In this document: positions 31,401 through 42,300 of the stretch, piece by piece | Layout: each line of letters opens with the position of its first letter | Position numbering within the stretch: the stretch's first letter is position 1 | IMG/VR virus record: IMGVR_UViG_3300020477_001447 | Span: 36,744 to 100,743 of that record | DNA length: 64,000 nt | Strand: one strand, 5' to 3' | From: a virus | Translations under genes and position numbers: made by a program | The notes under the pieces: generated by a model | Seen by the model: the letters and a program-made list of their open reading frames with translations, nothing else | What the model was told of the DNA's origin: nothing | The model's database searches: none

Positions 31401-34400
31401 AAGTTCTGCAAAAATAGTAGATAAGAATTATATTGGATCCGCAAAACAAAATCTTCCAGAAAACTTATATTCAGAAGACATGATCTCAGTGTTGTCTACA
31501 CAGGATGATGTTGAATTTACAAGAGATTCTAGGCCAATAAACCACTTCTTTGCATTTGAAAAGAGTATGTATCAGACCATTTCTGAAGAAATGATCAACA
31601 TTTTTGCCAGTATAGTTGATTTTAATAACTTAATTGGCGATCCAATAAATAAATATCGTCATGAATATAAGCAACTTAACAAGCTTCGATCACTTTTCTT
31701 TGAAAGAGTACAAAATACACCAGATTTAGATAAGTATGTAGACTTTTATAAGTGGTTTGACGACGCATTATCCAAGATGCTGCAGCAATTAGTGCCAGCC
31801 TCTGCAGACTTTTCTGATGATCTAAGGACTGTTGTTGAAAGTCACGTATTAGAGCGAAGTAAATATCAACACAAATTCCCAACTGTGGATATGAAATATG
31901 AGGAACCAGAGGGGCTTGTAGAAAGCATCCTTCCTTTAAGCCCGGGCTGGAAATATACACACGCTCCGATTCTTAAAGAAACAGCTGGAACGTCTCTGCT
32001 GTTTGATGGATCAAACGATCATGTAGATGCTGGAAATAATTCTTATTGGGCTCCTAAAATTACCGATCCTAATGTTAGTTTTTCTTTCTGGATAAGACCA
32101 GCTGCCCAGGCTCAAGAAACAATCTTTCATATGGGCGGGGGAAATGCAGCTCTAGAGGCGTTTCTCTTTAATAATCTTACCCTAGGTGGGTGGATCATGT
32201 ATGCACGAATGCATGATAATTCCGGCAATCAATCATGGGTCCAGGCAGATCTGTCAAGTGCCGGCCAGTTTACAGCGGGAGCGTGGCGCCACGTAGCAAT
32301 TAGTTTTGGAACGGGATATCCTTCAGTTTATATAGACGGTGTAGACCGCACACCTAGTTCAACCTCTTATAAATCTAATGCTGGTTCAGCCTTCGCCGGC
32401 CCCGGAACAAATGGGCTGCGAATTGGTAGAAAAATTACTTATAACTTCAGCGCCTTTGCAGGCCATTTGGCCGATTTTGCTGTCTTTACAAAGCTTTTAT
32501 CATCCGGCGAGGTGTCTACCATTTACAATGGTGGTCGCCGTTTAAGCTCGACAGGGTATCTTGGAATCACTGATATAGCTGGTTTTTGGAAGCTAGGCGA
32601 CGGTGATGGTGCAATTGGGACAACTCCAACTCAGTTTACAAACGCCTTTGATGCGGGCAACCCAGGATTACCTACCTCAACTCCTACCATTCAGAACACT
32701 TCCCCACCTACAACGCCGCAGGGCCTCAATGGATTAGATGAGAACCGAAACAGCAATTGGTGGCGCACCCGAGCCGAAAGACACGTTTCTATTTCTTCAT
32801 CTGCGGGACTGTATCACAACTCAGCCAAAAATGATTTGTTATCCGCATTTAAGAGTACAATTACTAGAAAGAAAACAACACCATATAGATTTAGCAGTAT
32901 CAAAACCAGAACGATCCACGGTGGAATTAACTATAGTCAGAATAAGCGTCGAGATATAGTTTACAATGCTGTATACCCATTTGGCCCAATCCTTTCTGGC
33001 ACAAACGTACCATTAAATATTGCAATTACATTCCAGTCTGATTTGGATGCTTTACCGACGATTGATCACCTAGAGCCAATTAAGAAGCGATATATGGCTC
33101 ATCGCATGACGTTGAGTAGAAACCAAGATCACGGCGCGCACTACAAACTCAAAGGTGACATAGTAGCTCTTTATAACTTAGTAAGTTCATCTCAAGGTTC
33201 CGCGCCCGAGGCGGGTTACAACAAGCATGTGATTCAAGCACTAACGGGAGCAAATGTTCCTGCAGGTCAAATTGAATTAGTCAACTTGCACAGTGATACT
33301 GTTGGCGAAAGTAATGAGATTCCGATGCAGGGTCCATTTACTGAAAAATATGTCGGTGGGCGCCAACACCGACACGTTACTCTAAACAGAGCGGTTTCTA
33401 CAAAGCCCGGTAAAAATAATTTAGACTCCAAGGCAGACCGACCGGAAGGTTGGAGGCTATTGTTTGATACTTGTGCTTCAGAAGATGAGACCGGCGCAAT
33501 TGCTTTTGTAGGCCCCCAATATCCAGATGATGGTGTTGCTGGTCCCCTAGAATCTCCACCTTATTTAATTGATAGGCCAAAGGCACATCTTTACAGAGAG
33601 ATCGCAGCTAAAAGACCAGTAAACATTAAGAACATACTTCATACAACTGGCTCTCCAACAATTATTGGAAACTACGCACACAATTATGAGGTTGTACACA
33701 CTGTTGGTAGAACCCAAAATGATCCATTCTTTAGGGATCAGTCTGTTCGGTTTGCAACGGCATCTGAAATGCCGTTTATCCGCCGCGGCTCCCGAAACAA
33801 GACGGGCTCGCTCGGGTATAGAAATCCATTAGGTCTAGTGGACGTACAGAAGGAACAGCCACCAAAGGAACAATTAAACTATAAATTACCAACGAGATCT
33901 ACAAACAAGACTGTTATTGTTAATAGGTTCTCTTCCCCTGGCGGTTTTGAAGTTATGTCCAGGGGCTACCTTGATCCCGCCCACGAGGAATATTCTCCAT
34001 ATAACGCATTACCATTTAGAAACTTAGGCATCCGAGGTTCTGGATCTGGTGAGGCCGGCAACGAATTAAGAATGAACGACCACACCGGTCGCCGTAGAGG
34101 ACTCCAAACTCTTCTAAAACAACGTTCTGGCCAGTTCGGTCACGATGCCGACTTCGGTAGTGTCACTGCTCTAAATTATGTGATAACCCCATCTTTCCAC
34201 AAAGTACACCGCAACAGAAGACTTGTTCCGAAGCTAGACAATCCTTTAGATGACCAGAGTTTTATCACAGGATCTCGATTTGACAATGCGTTTGTTACGC
34301 ACGTTATTCCACAAAGTGATTTACAGTATCGGTGGATTAAAGCTTCTGCTTTGCCAGTGGCATCAAACAACTTGTTGGGCTTTGCTCAATTGAGTGGTGG

Positions 34401-37400
34401 TATCGCTCCATCCACAGATATATTATTCCTCAGTGCTAGTGAGTTTGTTAGTTATACATCTTCGACTGGAGAAAGATTCTTTGGCGATGAAGAAGCAGAT
34501 TTAGTAACAAGAAGCCTAGCCCAGCGCACAGTATGGACTGATTTTGCAGGCGTAAACTATCATATTTTTGAGCCATTGACTGCTTCTTCAGGCCACTTGG
34601 GATATATTTCTACAGCCCCTGCAACCACCTATGCAAATAAAGATATTATTAATAGCATTGGTGGCAGAACAGCGCCAACTACCGCATCTGTGTTGAACGC
34701 CCTGTTACTACACAGAAACGGTCCGTATCAACATCCATCTTGGAAACAGATCCGCACAGGTCAACATCCCGTATCGCGACATCAAAGAAAGAACAACCTT
34801 CTAACAGTTCGGACAGAACCAGATGTTATCGAGGTCACTAGCAACGGCAAAACAGTAACCCGCCGCGGCCTTGCAGGAAACTCTTTTGTTAAATACACTG
34901 AGCCCCCAGTCTCTAGTGAAAACAAACCTTTAATTCACATCTTTAAGGGTGAAATGGACACATCCAAGCGAGGAGAAATTAGTAAAAACATTAAGATTGC
35001 TCACAGTTATGGTAACAACTTAACTTACTTTGCAAATACTGAGCTTAATAATAGACTTGGTACAATCAAGGGTTCTAATACAGACACTATGTTAAACCGA
35101 ATTAACAGTGTCCTTTTTGATCCAAACACAGAATCTCCGATGGAGGATGCAGAGTCGATTCGTTTTATTTATTCCGAAAGAATTTTCCCAAGAAGAAGAA
35201 ATTCTATGGGACTTAATAAAATTCGAACAAGAACTAATTTCATCTTAGATAGCTACTGGGCAGATAACAGGGGTAAGAGAACTCGCCCCGTCGCCTTTCC
35301 AGACGGCACTCTCTTCCCGGGCCACAAACGCCCCGAGCCTATTTTCTCTAGTTCAATGGTTTCCGCCACCGGTGCATTACCTTCAAAGGTGTATGGATTC
35401 CGTTCGCTTTTATCTCAAAGTATCTGGCCTCTGGACGCACACTCTAACGCTCTCACTGTTTATTCTAAAAATGCCGGTACAGGCGACGGAGCAGGCGTAC
35501 TTCAAAACAACTATACAACATATCACACAGCCAGTGTTTTCGAGCCTCTTAAGCAGTTCGGCCCTCTATACTGTCGTCGCACTCCCGGCTCTCATGGTGT
35601 CCCCGGTGGAGATCATGATTACTTCCCGGGCGATACAATCTGGGAAGCAGGCACTCAAGCCGGCAAACAACCATTCCTGTCATATGAAAACTATTCAGAT
35701 AACTTAAGGTTGGTTGGTAAAGATTATTCTATAGTTCCTGAATTTAGGATGAGTGAACATCTAGATTATTACATCAATGACAAGAAGGGTGATTTCTTAG
35801 CAGATCGTAATAATTTATTAGAAATCACAGGTGGAGCCATCGCTGATAGTTCCCATGAAGATTTTTACAGTGTATATTCGCACACTGACTTCATGAAGTA
35901 TTTCGAAACAGTAGACGATCAATATCATGAGCAAACTTTAACAGATGGTACAAAAATTTCTAGAGATCGAATTGCTCTAAAGTGTTCAGCATTACTTAAG
36001 TTCTTACCATATGACGGATTTTACCCAGTACAAAGAACTGTTGAACTATCAAAATTATTCTATAAGGATTTTGTAAGTGGCTCCGGAGGGCTAACTGATA
36101 GATTAGTAAGCCTCGGTTTGCGTAAAACTTCTACGGGCGCCCGCGATAATCTTGCAGCTGCCGCCGGCGCTACACCTCAAGTCTTGAACTCCGCTAGACC
36201 ATATGTCGAGCCGTTTTTTGCACCGGGCATTATGTATAATAGTATAAAATCTGGTATTGCTGTTGATTATCCTGTTGCAATTAGTACAAAGGTCACTGCT
36301 AGTGTTAGAAGACACACTCAGACAGGAACAGACGATGCAAATCAGTGGTTTGTTTCGGCGTCCGTTGGTCAAGGTATAGACAAACACTTCCATAGAGTTC
36401 CGTTCGAAGCAATTATTAAGCCATCAGCTTATGTGAACGCAAATACAATAAGTGGCTCTTTAATCTTTGATATGGAGCCGCACCCAAGTGGCGCTCTGTC
36501 TGCCTCTTTGGGTCGAATAGCTCCGTTCCCTAACGTTCTTGTAAACTATCCTGGCGCCAATGGTAAGCTTTATGAACTAGCAGCCGACAATTTCTTTGCA
36601 GAATGCTTAAACTTCTTTATGAAAGAAGATGAAGAAAAATCATTGCTTACAACATTCGTATCAAAACCAGAAAGTGAGTTTGGAACAGTTGTAAGTGGTA
36701 ACCTCTATTCAATGAGAGTCAACCTTGATCGTGCTCCAATCAACTTATCAGGAAGGGTTTTTGGCAAAGACAACCCGGGCTTCTATTATTTGAATGAAAA
36801 TAAATTCAACATGTATGATAGGCCATCAGCCTTTGGTCCCGGTTTCTGCTCACACCGCAGTCGAGTTGTTGGCTCTTCCGCGGCAAACAAGGCTCAACAA
36901 AATTATTCATATCAGCCAGTTACTCCATCTTATTATGATGGCAAGTCCTCTGCTTTAATCGTATACAGGCCAGATACAACTGGAAAGCCGACTCTGGATG
37001 ATATCTTTGCAAAATCATATCTTATTTGTCAAAGAAGTTTCCCAGAGTATGCCAACGGCGTATCATCTGCTATTTCTGACACTGCTGATAATGTTGTAGA
37101 GTATGTAAACTCTGTGTCTCAATTGTTGGCGATGCAAATAACTGCTTCTGTAGATGTATTTAAAAGCGAGATAGTACCAATTCCAGATTCGGATCAGGTA
37201 AGTAAAAGGTGGGTAATTCAGCCTAAATTTGAAACTCCAATCTTAAACTTTGATGAGTCTGTTGATGTGACTGCCCCAACGGGGTCTTTGATATCAAATT
37301 ACGATAATGCAAGCACCAACAATAGAAAATTAAGACAGGTTTCTAAGGGTATGTGGCACCAATACGGAAAGGTCCCGACAGGATCAGCTGGCGTTTGGCT

Positions 37401-38358
37401 TTCTGTAACGGCTGATGAGAAAATAACCGATCCAACAATAGCTTCTCAAACACATGGACCCCTTGTTAAATCGAACTCATTAGCTGACATTATTGGCATG
37501 CCGCTTAAGCGAGATAGAATTGGTGAAGTCAAAACAACAAAGACTATCTCAGAGGCTGTTGTTGCTGTACCGTTCTTAGAGAAGCAAGGTAGAAAAGTTT
37601 TCTTTAATGTTTCGCGCGATGATATTGATTTAGCTTTGGAACGAGAAGAAGGTGTTGGTGATACAGTTCAAAACATGGTTGATTTAATGCAAAAATATGT
37701 ATTACCTCCAAAGTTTGATTTTATAAAAAACGATACAATCCAGCCTTTCGCCATGTATATGTTTGAATTCTCCGCAGAATTAACAAAGCAAGACTTGGTT
37801 GATATTTGGCAAAACTTGCCACCAGACCTCAGCAACAGGTTTGAGCACAAAGAGGCAGTCATTGAACATGATTTGTTAGCTAACGAATTTTATGGACTAG
37901 AAGGTCAGGACTTAGACGGTTCGCTCAAGTGGCTTGTTTTCAAGGCGAAAAGGCAAGCAGAAAAGAGCTACTTTAATTTGCTCAAGGGAGCTACATCTTA
38001 TAACGTAGAAGAAGATCTTTCAGACCGTGGCAATGTTGTTAGCAGGTTTAACAACACAAAACCGAAACCTAAGCGAGTCAGAATAGGAGACAGAGACCTT
38101 AATCTAACAAGGCGCCCAACTGCAAAACCAACAAGAAGAAAACTTTCTAAGGTTGGTAACTTACTGTCTGGTCGTAAGAAGGTAGACCTTACCAAAGAAG
38201 CTCCTCCGAAATATAGTTATAACTGGCCTTATGATTATTTTTCACTCGTTGAGCTAATTAAAGTTGATGCTGCAGTTCAGTACGCAACAGAAGAAGAGCA
38301 GCCAACAGAAGCTCCTGTTCGCCGCTCCACCCGTACACCACGGAGAGGTAGAGAATAA
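28408..38358 (+). CDS. Giant (3316 aa) gp7-like baseplate protein with LamG/ConA-like domains
   Basis: gp7/gpI-type motif IYNNLSYIYKSKGTEKSFRNLIRCFGI. LamG signatures TVEFWLK..WHHYAFS..LYIDG..GSIDEFRYW and FSFWIRP..WRHVAIS..VYIDG..GHLADFAVF. Confidence 0.75.
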   Translation: MSIKHLFDKVNVDKSAAGLNSEELGGEVESSRYHDAKIVKDDRIIPQIDFSKPENFAFYGSAERYYDDAIKNIYQTYPYDGSLYEKLDWENSASYVDLYVFENLYPRTNGYIRFDRDGADSPSNIAVGYGVFSTADQEYITIKGGPGIGGGPQSAAANIYDTGSFRESNLKLDPVEGTTVEFWLKKKAFNLSRTRKEVLFDLWNGEHSSSAGYGRLTIELTGAQYSQATTTSGRAFRVTYQSGNLTTARAPTHGFQNQPIGTTGALTSSVADNNWHHYAFSFLSASTGIRTRLYIDGDLNEEKILGTNGAKEITGSLIARIGALRTAPSGAIGFHGATDLAGAGKLSGSIDEFRYWKTQRSSKEVGRHWFTQVGGGTNTDPANTKLGVYYKFNEGIVGTSTDEIVLDYSGRVTNGAWTGYIAGARETGSAINEATTTNQEFLDPILYRNHPSVNSLISKMRLSGSTHDHLNATSFFSSVPSWMQEEDRKSGDLLKDLTQIMSSYFDTMHMQISELPNIKNYGYISGSSKPNNFNKNLLNSQGLLAPEIFIDSEIIERLASRNEDETYDKSLEYTKNLIYKNIYNNLSYIYKSKGTEKSFRNLIRCFGIDDEIIKLNTYGNNVTHKIRDNYRLVSTPKKYIDFNDNNRFEGTVYQMSSSKNQNSYSYIDAAKQLTGGYGFTLQTEVIFPKKAPQTDPLYPRQRYPELTASLFGVHTARTSSTNTVNTQWAEPDVVNFQVHAVRDEVESNNIRFILTGSADGYFPELSSSLYEDAYDNTRWNLAVRVKPAKFPHADSVHGTTGSFSGVSQNFSRYYTVELYGNQTEFGTIQNEFTVTGNIDLAGLNPASSADQFIYGARRIYIGAHRTNFTGAVLQKTDAKISSCRFWLDYLDDETLRAHARDVGNYGAKHPYRNAYSFEGKSIYNSSKTLVGRGRNFEVPQIETLALNWDFNQVTGSDASGEFTVVDFSSGSANKRTRYGWIGDITKAQYTARGTGFGTSSAKIVDKNYIGSAKQNLPENLYSEDMISVLSTQDDVEFTRDSRPINHFFAFEKSMYQTISEEMINIFASIVDFNNLIGDPINKYRHEYKQLNKLRSLFFERVQNTPDLDKYVDFYKWFDDALSKMLQQLVPASADFSDDLRTVVESHVLERSKYQHKFPTVDMKYEEPEGLVESILPLSPGWKYTHAPILKETAGTSLLFDGSNDHVDAGNNSYWAPKITDPNVSFSFWIRPAAQAQETIFHMGGGNAALEAFLFNNLTLGGWIMYARMHDNSGNQSWVQADLSSAGQFTAGAWRHVAISFGTGYPSVYIDGVDRTPSSTSYKSNAGSAFAGPGTNGLRIGRKITYNFSAFAGHLADFAVFTKLLSSGEVSTIYNGGRRLSSTGYLGITDIAGFWKLGDGDGAIGTTPTQFTNAFDAGNPGLPTSTPTIQNTSPPTTPQGLNGLDENRNSNWWRTRAERHVSISSSAGLYHNSAKNDLLSAFKSTITRKKTTPYRFSSIKTRTIHGGINYSQNKRRDIVYNAVYPFGPILSGTNVPLNIAITFQSDLDALPTIDHLEPIKKRYMAHRMTLSRNQDHGAHYKLKGDIVALYNLVSSSQGSAPEAGYNKHVIQALTGANVPAGQIELVNLHSDTVGESNEIPMQGPFTEKYVGGRQHRHVTLNRAVSTKPGKNNLDSKADRPEGWRLLFDTCASEDETGAIAFVGPQYPDDGVAGPLESPPYLIDRPKAHLYREIAAKRPVNIKNILHTTGSPTIIGNYAHNYEVVHTVGRTQNDPFFRDQSVRFATASEMPFIRRGSRNKTGSLGYRNPLGLVDVQKEQPPKEQLNYKLPTRSTNKTVIVNRFSSPGGFEVMSRGYLDPAHEEYSPYNALPFRNLGIRGSGSGEAGNELRMNDHTGRRRGLQTLLKQRSGQFGHDADFGSVTALNYVITPSFHKVHRNRRLVPKLDNPLDDQSFITGSRFDNAFVTHVIPQSDLQYRWIKASALPVASNNLLGFAQLSGGIAPSTDILFLSASEFVSYTSSTGERFFGDEEADLVTRSLAQRTVWTDFAGVNYHIFEPLTASSGHLGYISTAPATTYANKDIINSIGGRTAPTTASVLNALLLHRNGPYQHPSWKQIRTGQHPVSRHQRKNNLLTVRTEPDVIEVTSNGKTVTRRGLAGNSFVKYTEPPVSSENKPLIHIFKGEMDTSKRGEISKNIKIAHSYGNNLTYFANTELNNRLGTIKGSNTDTMLNRINSVLFDPNTESPMEDAESIRFIYSERIFPRRRNSMGLNKIRTRTNFILDSYWADNRGKRTRPVAFPDGTLFPGHKRPEPIFSSSMVSATGALPSKVYGFRSLLSQSIWPLDAHSNALTVYSKNAGTGDGAGVLQNNYTTYHTASVFEPLKQFGPLYCRRTPGSHGVPGGDHDYFPGDTIWEAGTQAGKQPFLSYENYSDNLRLVGKDYSIVPEFRMSEHLDYYINDKKGDFLADRNNLLEITGGAIADSSHEDFYSVYSHTDFMKYFETVDDQYHEQTLTDGTKISRDRIALKCSALLKFLPYDGFYPVQRTVELSKLFYKDFVSGSGGLTDRLVSLGLRKTSTGARDNLAAAAGATPQVLNSARPYVEPFFAPGIMYNSIKSGIAVDYPVAISTKVTASVRRHTQTGTDDANQWFVSASVGQGIDKHFHRVPFEAIIKPSAYVNANTISGSLIFDMEPHPSGALSASLGRIAPFPNVLVNYPGANGKLYELAADNFFAECLNFFMKEDEEKSLLTTFVSKPESEFGTVVSGNLYSMRVNLDRAPINLSGRVFGKDNPGFYYLNENKFNMYDRPSAFGPGFCSHRSRVVGSSAANKAQQNYSYQPVTPSYYDGKSSALIVYRPDTTGKPTLDDIFAKSYLICQRSFPEYANGVSSAISDTADNVVEYVNSVSQLLAMQITASVDVFKSEIVPIPDSDQVSKRWVIQPKFETPILNFDESVDVTAPTGSLISNYDNASTNNRKLRQVSKGMWHQYGKVPTGSAGVWLSVTADEKITDPTIASQTHGPLVKSNSLADIIGMPLKRDRIGEVKTTKTISEAVVAVPFLEKQGRKVFFNVSRDDIDLALEREEGVGDTVQNMVDLMQKYVLPPKFDFIKNDTIQPFAMYMFEFSAELTKQDLVDIWQNLPPDLSNRFEHKEAVIEHDLLANEFYGLEGQDLDGSLKWLVFKAKRQAEKSYFNLLKGATSYNVEEDLSDRGNVVSRFNNTKPKPKRVRIGDRDLNLTRRPTAKPTRRKLSKVGNLLSGRKKVDLTKEAPPKYSYNWPYDYFSLVELIKVDAAVQYATEEEQPTEAPVRRSTRTPRRGRE

Positions 38359-39326
38359 TGACAACATTCTTTAATAAAAAAGAAGAAGTGTTACAAGTCA
38401 AACTGACCCAATATGGAAAGCATAAATTGTCCCAAGGTCGGCTCAATCCAACGTTCTATTCCTTTTTTGACGAGGGTGTAGTGTATGATTCTCAGTATAT
38501 TGGCTATGGAGAAGCACAGAACGATACGGAAGCGCGCATACAGACAGACACCCCGAGTCTAAAATCTCAGCATGTGTACACTGGGATACAGACCAGCGCG
38601 AGCTTAAATGCTTCTATAGTTAGAGGTGCTTTTCAATCGGCAATGCCATCTTTGGCATACTACGAAAACGATCCATACTTTTTAGAAGAACTGCAACCCC
38701 ATGACGACAAAAATGGATTTTTAACAAAGCCACTAGGCACATCTGCCTTGATCGACAAACATGTCCCAGCGTGGAGAGTTTCTCCGCTGATAGGGGAGAT
38801 TTGTGACTCAGAGCGTAACTTATCAGCATCTGATGGCATAAAAAAGATTCCTCAGATTAATCTAACTGTAAATTATGAGACGTTTATTGCACAATTAGAT
38901 CCTACTGAAGATTTAGATGATATAGCAGATCTCGACCCAACAATATATCCGGATGGAACTTATTATGTCGTCAGGGAGAATGATATTTTATTAGCAGTTG
39001 AAGAAAAGAATGCGCCGTTTAACAAAGAGAATTTTGATATAGAAATTTTTGAGGTTAATGAACACGAATCACAACCAAGACAGTTAAGGTTTAGTGTACA
39101 AGAAGATGCAGAGACATTACAAGTTGTATTCCCAGAACTCACGAAAAACAATGTAGAATATTATTTACAAATTAATCTAGATTCAGAAATCAGTGATTCT
39201 ATGAGAAGAGAGGCTAATATAGTTGATATCTCCTCGCCAGTTGTATCTGACGAAGAGATAGGCGTCAGCACAAGAAGATACTTAATCAGAGATCTTTATG
39301 AGCCTGAAGAGGATATATGTGAATAA
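38358..39326 (+). CDS. Putative tail/baseplate protein with a tail-collar-like N-terminus
   Basis: KLTQYGKHKLSQG...YSFFDEGVVYD parallels the N-terminus of 46636-47577. Confidence 0.55.
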   Translation: MTTFFNKKEEVLQVKLTQYGKHKLSQGRLNPTFYSFFDEGVVYDSQYIGYGEAQNDTEARIQTDTPSLKSQHVYTGIQTSASLNASIVRGAFQSAMPSLAYYENDPYFLEELQPHDDKNGFLTKPLGTSALIDKHVPAWRVSPLIGEICDSERNLSASDGIKKIPQINLTVNYETFIAQLDPTEDLDDIADLDPTIYPDGTYYVVRENDILLAVEEKNAPFNKENFDIEIFEVNEHESQPRQLRFSVQEDAETLQVVFPELTKNNVEYYLQINLDSEISDSMRREANIVDISSPVVSDEEIGVSTRRYLIRDLYEPEEDICE

Positions 39327-42300
39327 TGGATATTAGTCTAGAAGGATTAGAGGGTTTAACTATCCCTCGTGCTTTTACAAAGAGCATTTTATTAGAATCA
39401 GACCGCACCGGTGGGACAGCGGTTTCGGTTTCTTTCGTCATAAAAGAGTTTGAAACAAATGGCCTAGGCTTTTCTTTTTCAGAATCAGATTTGAGCCGGA
39501 TTAAATTCTATGGAGTCTTAACTTCGAATGAAACAATTGCCAAAAACCTCTCTGCAGATGGGTCTAGAATCTTAAATCTTGTACAGCTCAACACTCAACA
39601 CCCAGAGGTTGCAGTAACCACCGTAGACGGCTCTAACATGTCTTACAGTGCGACCAACAAGGATGAATCATACACACATGCGGGCGGAAAAGCAGCGAAA
39701 GACATTGTTTACAATATGAGACTCAATTTTCCGGGCTCTGAACCAGAATACTTAGCACTGTTTATCCTTCCATACGAAATTACACAGCAGGAACAAGAGC
39801 TTGGCATGTCTGAGAATCCAGCGATTAGTTATAGCGTACACACTTCTGATATTATTATAAAAAATTCTAAGGTAAATCAGTCTGGGTTGATTTTTATATT
39901 GCCCCATCGACCGGGAACAACAGAGGGTCAAGTATGGACTGGTGGTGTACATAAGCATGCAGATGGCAGTTGGATGACTGGAACGTACCATACCAACGAA
40001 TCCAGAACATTAATAGCTATGGAAGTTGAAAGCTCTAAGGTGCAAGACTTTAGAATAAGAGAAAAACTACAAAAATTGTTTTTTGATAGGAACTCTTTGC
40101 ACGGCGGTGAAAATTTTAATAATAGGGCTATGACAAAATTAGCAAAAGGGGTGAATGTCCAGAACATTAGAGAAAGAAAATCAAATTATATTTCGCCTAT
40201 GCATTTTGCTGCGGATACAAATAATAATTTGAACTATCACTTTTCTTTAGATCTGTTGAACGTGATTAAAGAAAACTGTGAGTTTGCATCGATATATTCC
40301 AACAACCAAGAATTACTAACATCTGCTGAAATACTTTCTTTTAAAATAATCCGAAGGAGAGTACAGAATGAATTTGTATTTAATCGCTTAACTGGTGGTG
40401 GAATATCAAATCGTGTTTTTGAAGAAAATCAAATTGAAGAAGTTATTGCACATGGAACCGGCGATACATTAAGGTCGGTTCAGTTGTCACCATCAGTCCC
40501 CGGGGTGTTGCACTATTTTGGTATAGATCCAACAATGAAAGATGTTACAACAGGAAAATATCAATATGGCGTTTCCATAGAAATGTTAGATAACACAAAA
40601 CAAAAAATAGTAAACTATCTGTATTCGCCAGAGAATGGTCTAACCAACATGGTATCCCAACTCAGGCAGTATTTAAATATTGCTTCTTTGCCGCAAAACT
40701 ATAATCCCGCTACAAACTCTTTTACGAATCGATTTGTAGATTTAAACTACGAACCGGTGTGGCAAGCCGCGGCCACAAGATATATTGACTTGTTAGAGAC
40801 TATTTTGGGTGCGGATTATGCCATCGATGGTACAACCTTAAGCGAGTTTGAAATAACATTACAAAACATTGCCAGCCCTCATTGTGGTAATCCTTCTGGT
40901 GTTCTATTACTAATAGATTTAATTCAAAAGATAATAAAAGATTTGAGCACTTTGGTGAGAAATACAAGTCAAAATAAGCCACATTCAGACAATGACGGAT
41001 ATGACTCTGCCCCCGCTTCTGGCGCATCCAAAAACATATTCTCTATAAAAACATTCTTTAAAGAAGCATATGATAGTGACAGGCCAAATGACTTCGGGTT
41101 AGAATATTTGTCAATAAACGAGATACCACAAAACCCAGACTCTGCTCTCATGAGAATGATGGACTATTCAACATGGGAAGATAGAATTAAGAAAGAGAAC
41201 ACAAAATATTCTATCGAACCTAATCGTTCTATTAATTCTTTTGGATACCTTTCTCCATCAAATATTAAGATGCCGAAGCAACGAGATATTATGATTGAGG
41301 ATACTGAAGAAAGCGCAAAAAAAATAAGTGGCGCCCTTTATAATGTTTTAGCATCAAAGGCCAGAAAAGCATCTCCTTTAAATTTAAGCAGAAACCGGGT
41401 CAATGTGCAGAGAGAAAACTTTGAAAGTGAAGACGTATCAAGAATAAGTGATCAAGTTGCAGCCCTAGAAGCTGCCGCCACTTCGGTTTCCGCCCTCCCC
41501 CGCGAGTCTAAAAATATATATAATATTGTAGATTCTAATAATGTTGCATTGACAGATGCATCAGCACTACTTTCAGCAGACTCTAATTTTGTTAAAAAGC
41601 CTAAAGTAAAAAGCCGTGTAAGTGGATCTTCAGAGACGGTGAGAAATGCAGATACTGTGTTTGCTGGTTCTAATTTATTAAAGAAGATTGATGCAAACGA
41701 TTCTAAAATAACAAATCAGCTTCTGGAGGGTGACGCTTTTAATGGCTTTGCGCCTTCTAGGGATAACGTGACAAGAACAAAAGGCACGCTCCGCGGAATG
41801 CCAAGAATCCCATCGCCAAAGTCTCCCGCCGAAGCGGAATTTAATAAGATAATCGCTGAGGGAGAAGGCATGCCCCAGGATATTGCCGCTGTTGCAGTAA
41901 AGTATGGTTTTACTAAGAAAGTAGAATACTTATCTGGGTACAAAGTTGATAAAAATACCAACTATACTTTTATAAAAGAACCATTATGGTTAGAATTAAC
42001 TGAGCAGGTTTTCGAAAATGCTAGAACTTCTAGTCAACCTCTTTTCTGCAGGATAGTTGAACCCAACTTGTCGCTACCAACATTTAAAGGTTTTGAGATG
42101 CCGGCGTATAATGAATATTTCATGATAGGTGCCGCCAGCACTTTATTGGTAACAGAAAGTGCAATTGGTGGTATTATCTCTAAACGAGTTGTTCCACCAA
42201 GAAAAGAATATTTTAGAATGTCAGAAATGGTGTCTTCTTACGAAGATTTTCTAAAAACTCCTAAACTTCCTGCAGGAATGGGCCTTGCTCTTCGTGATGT

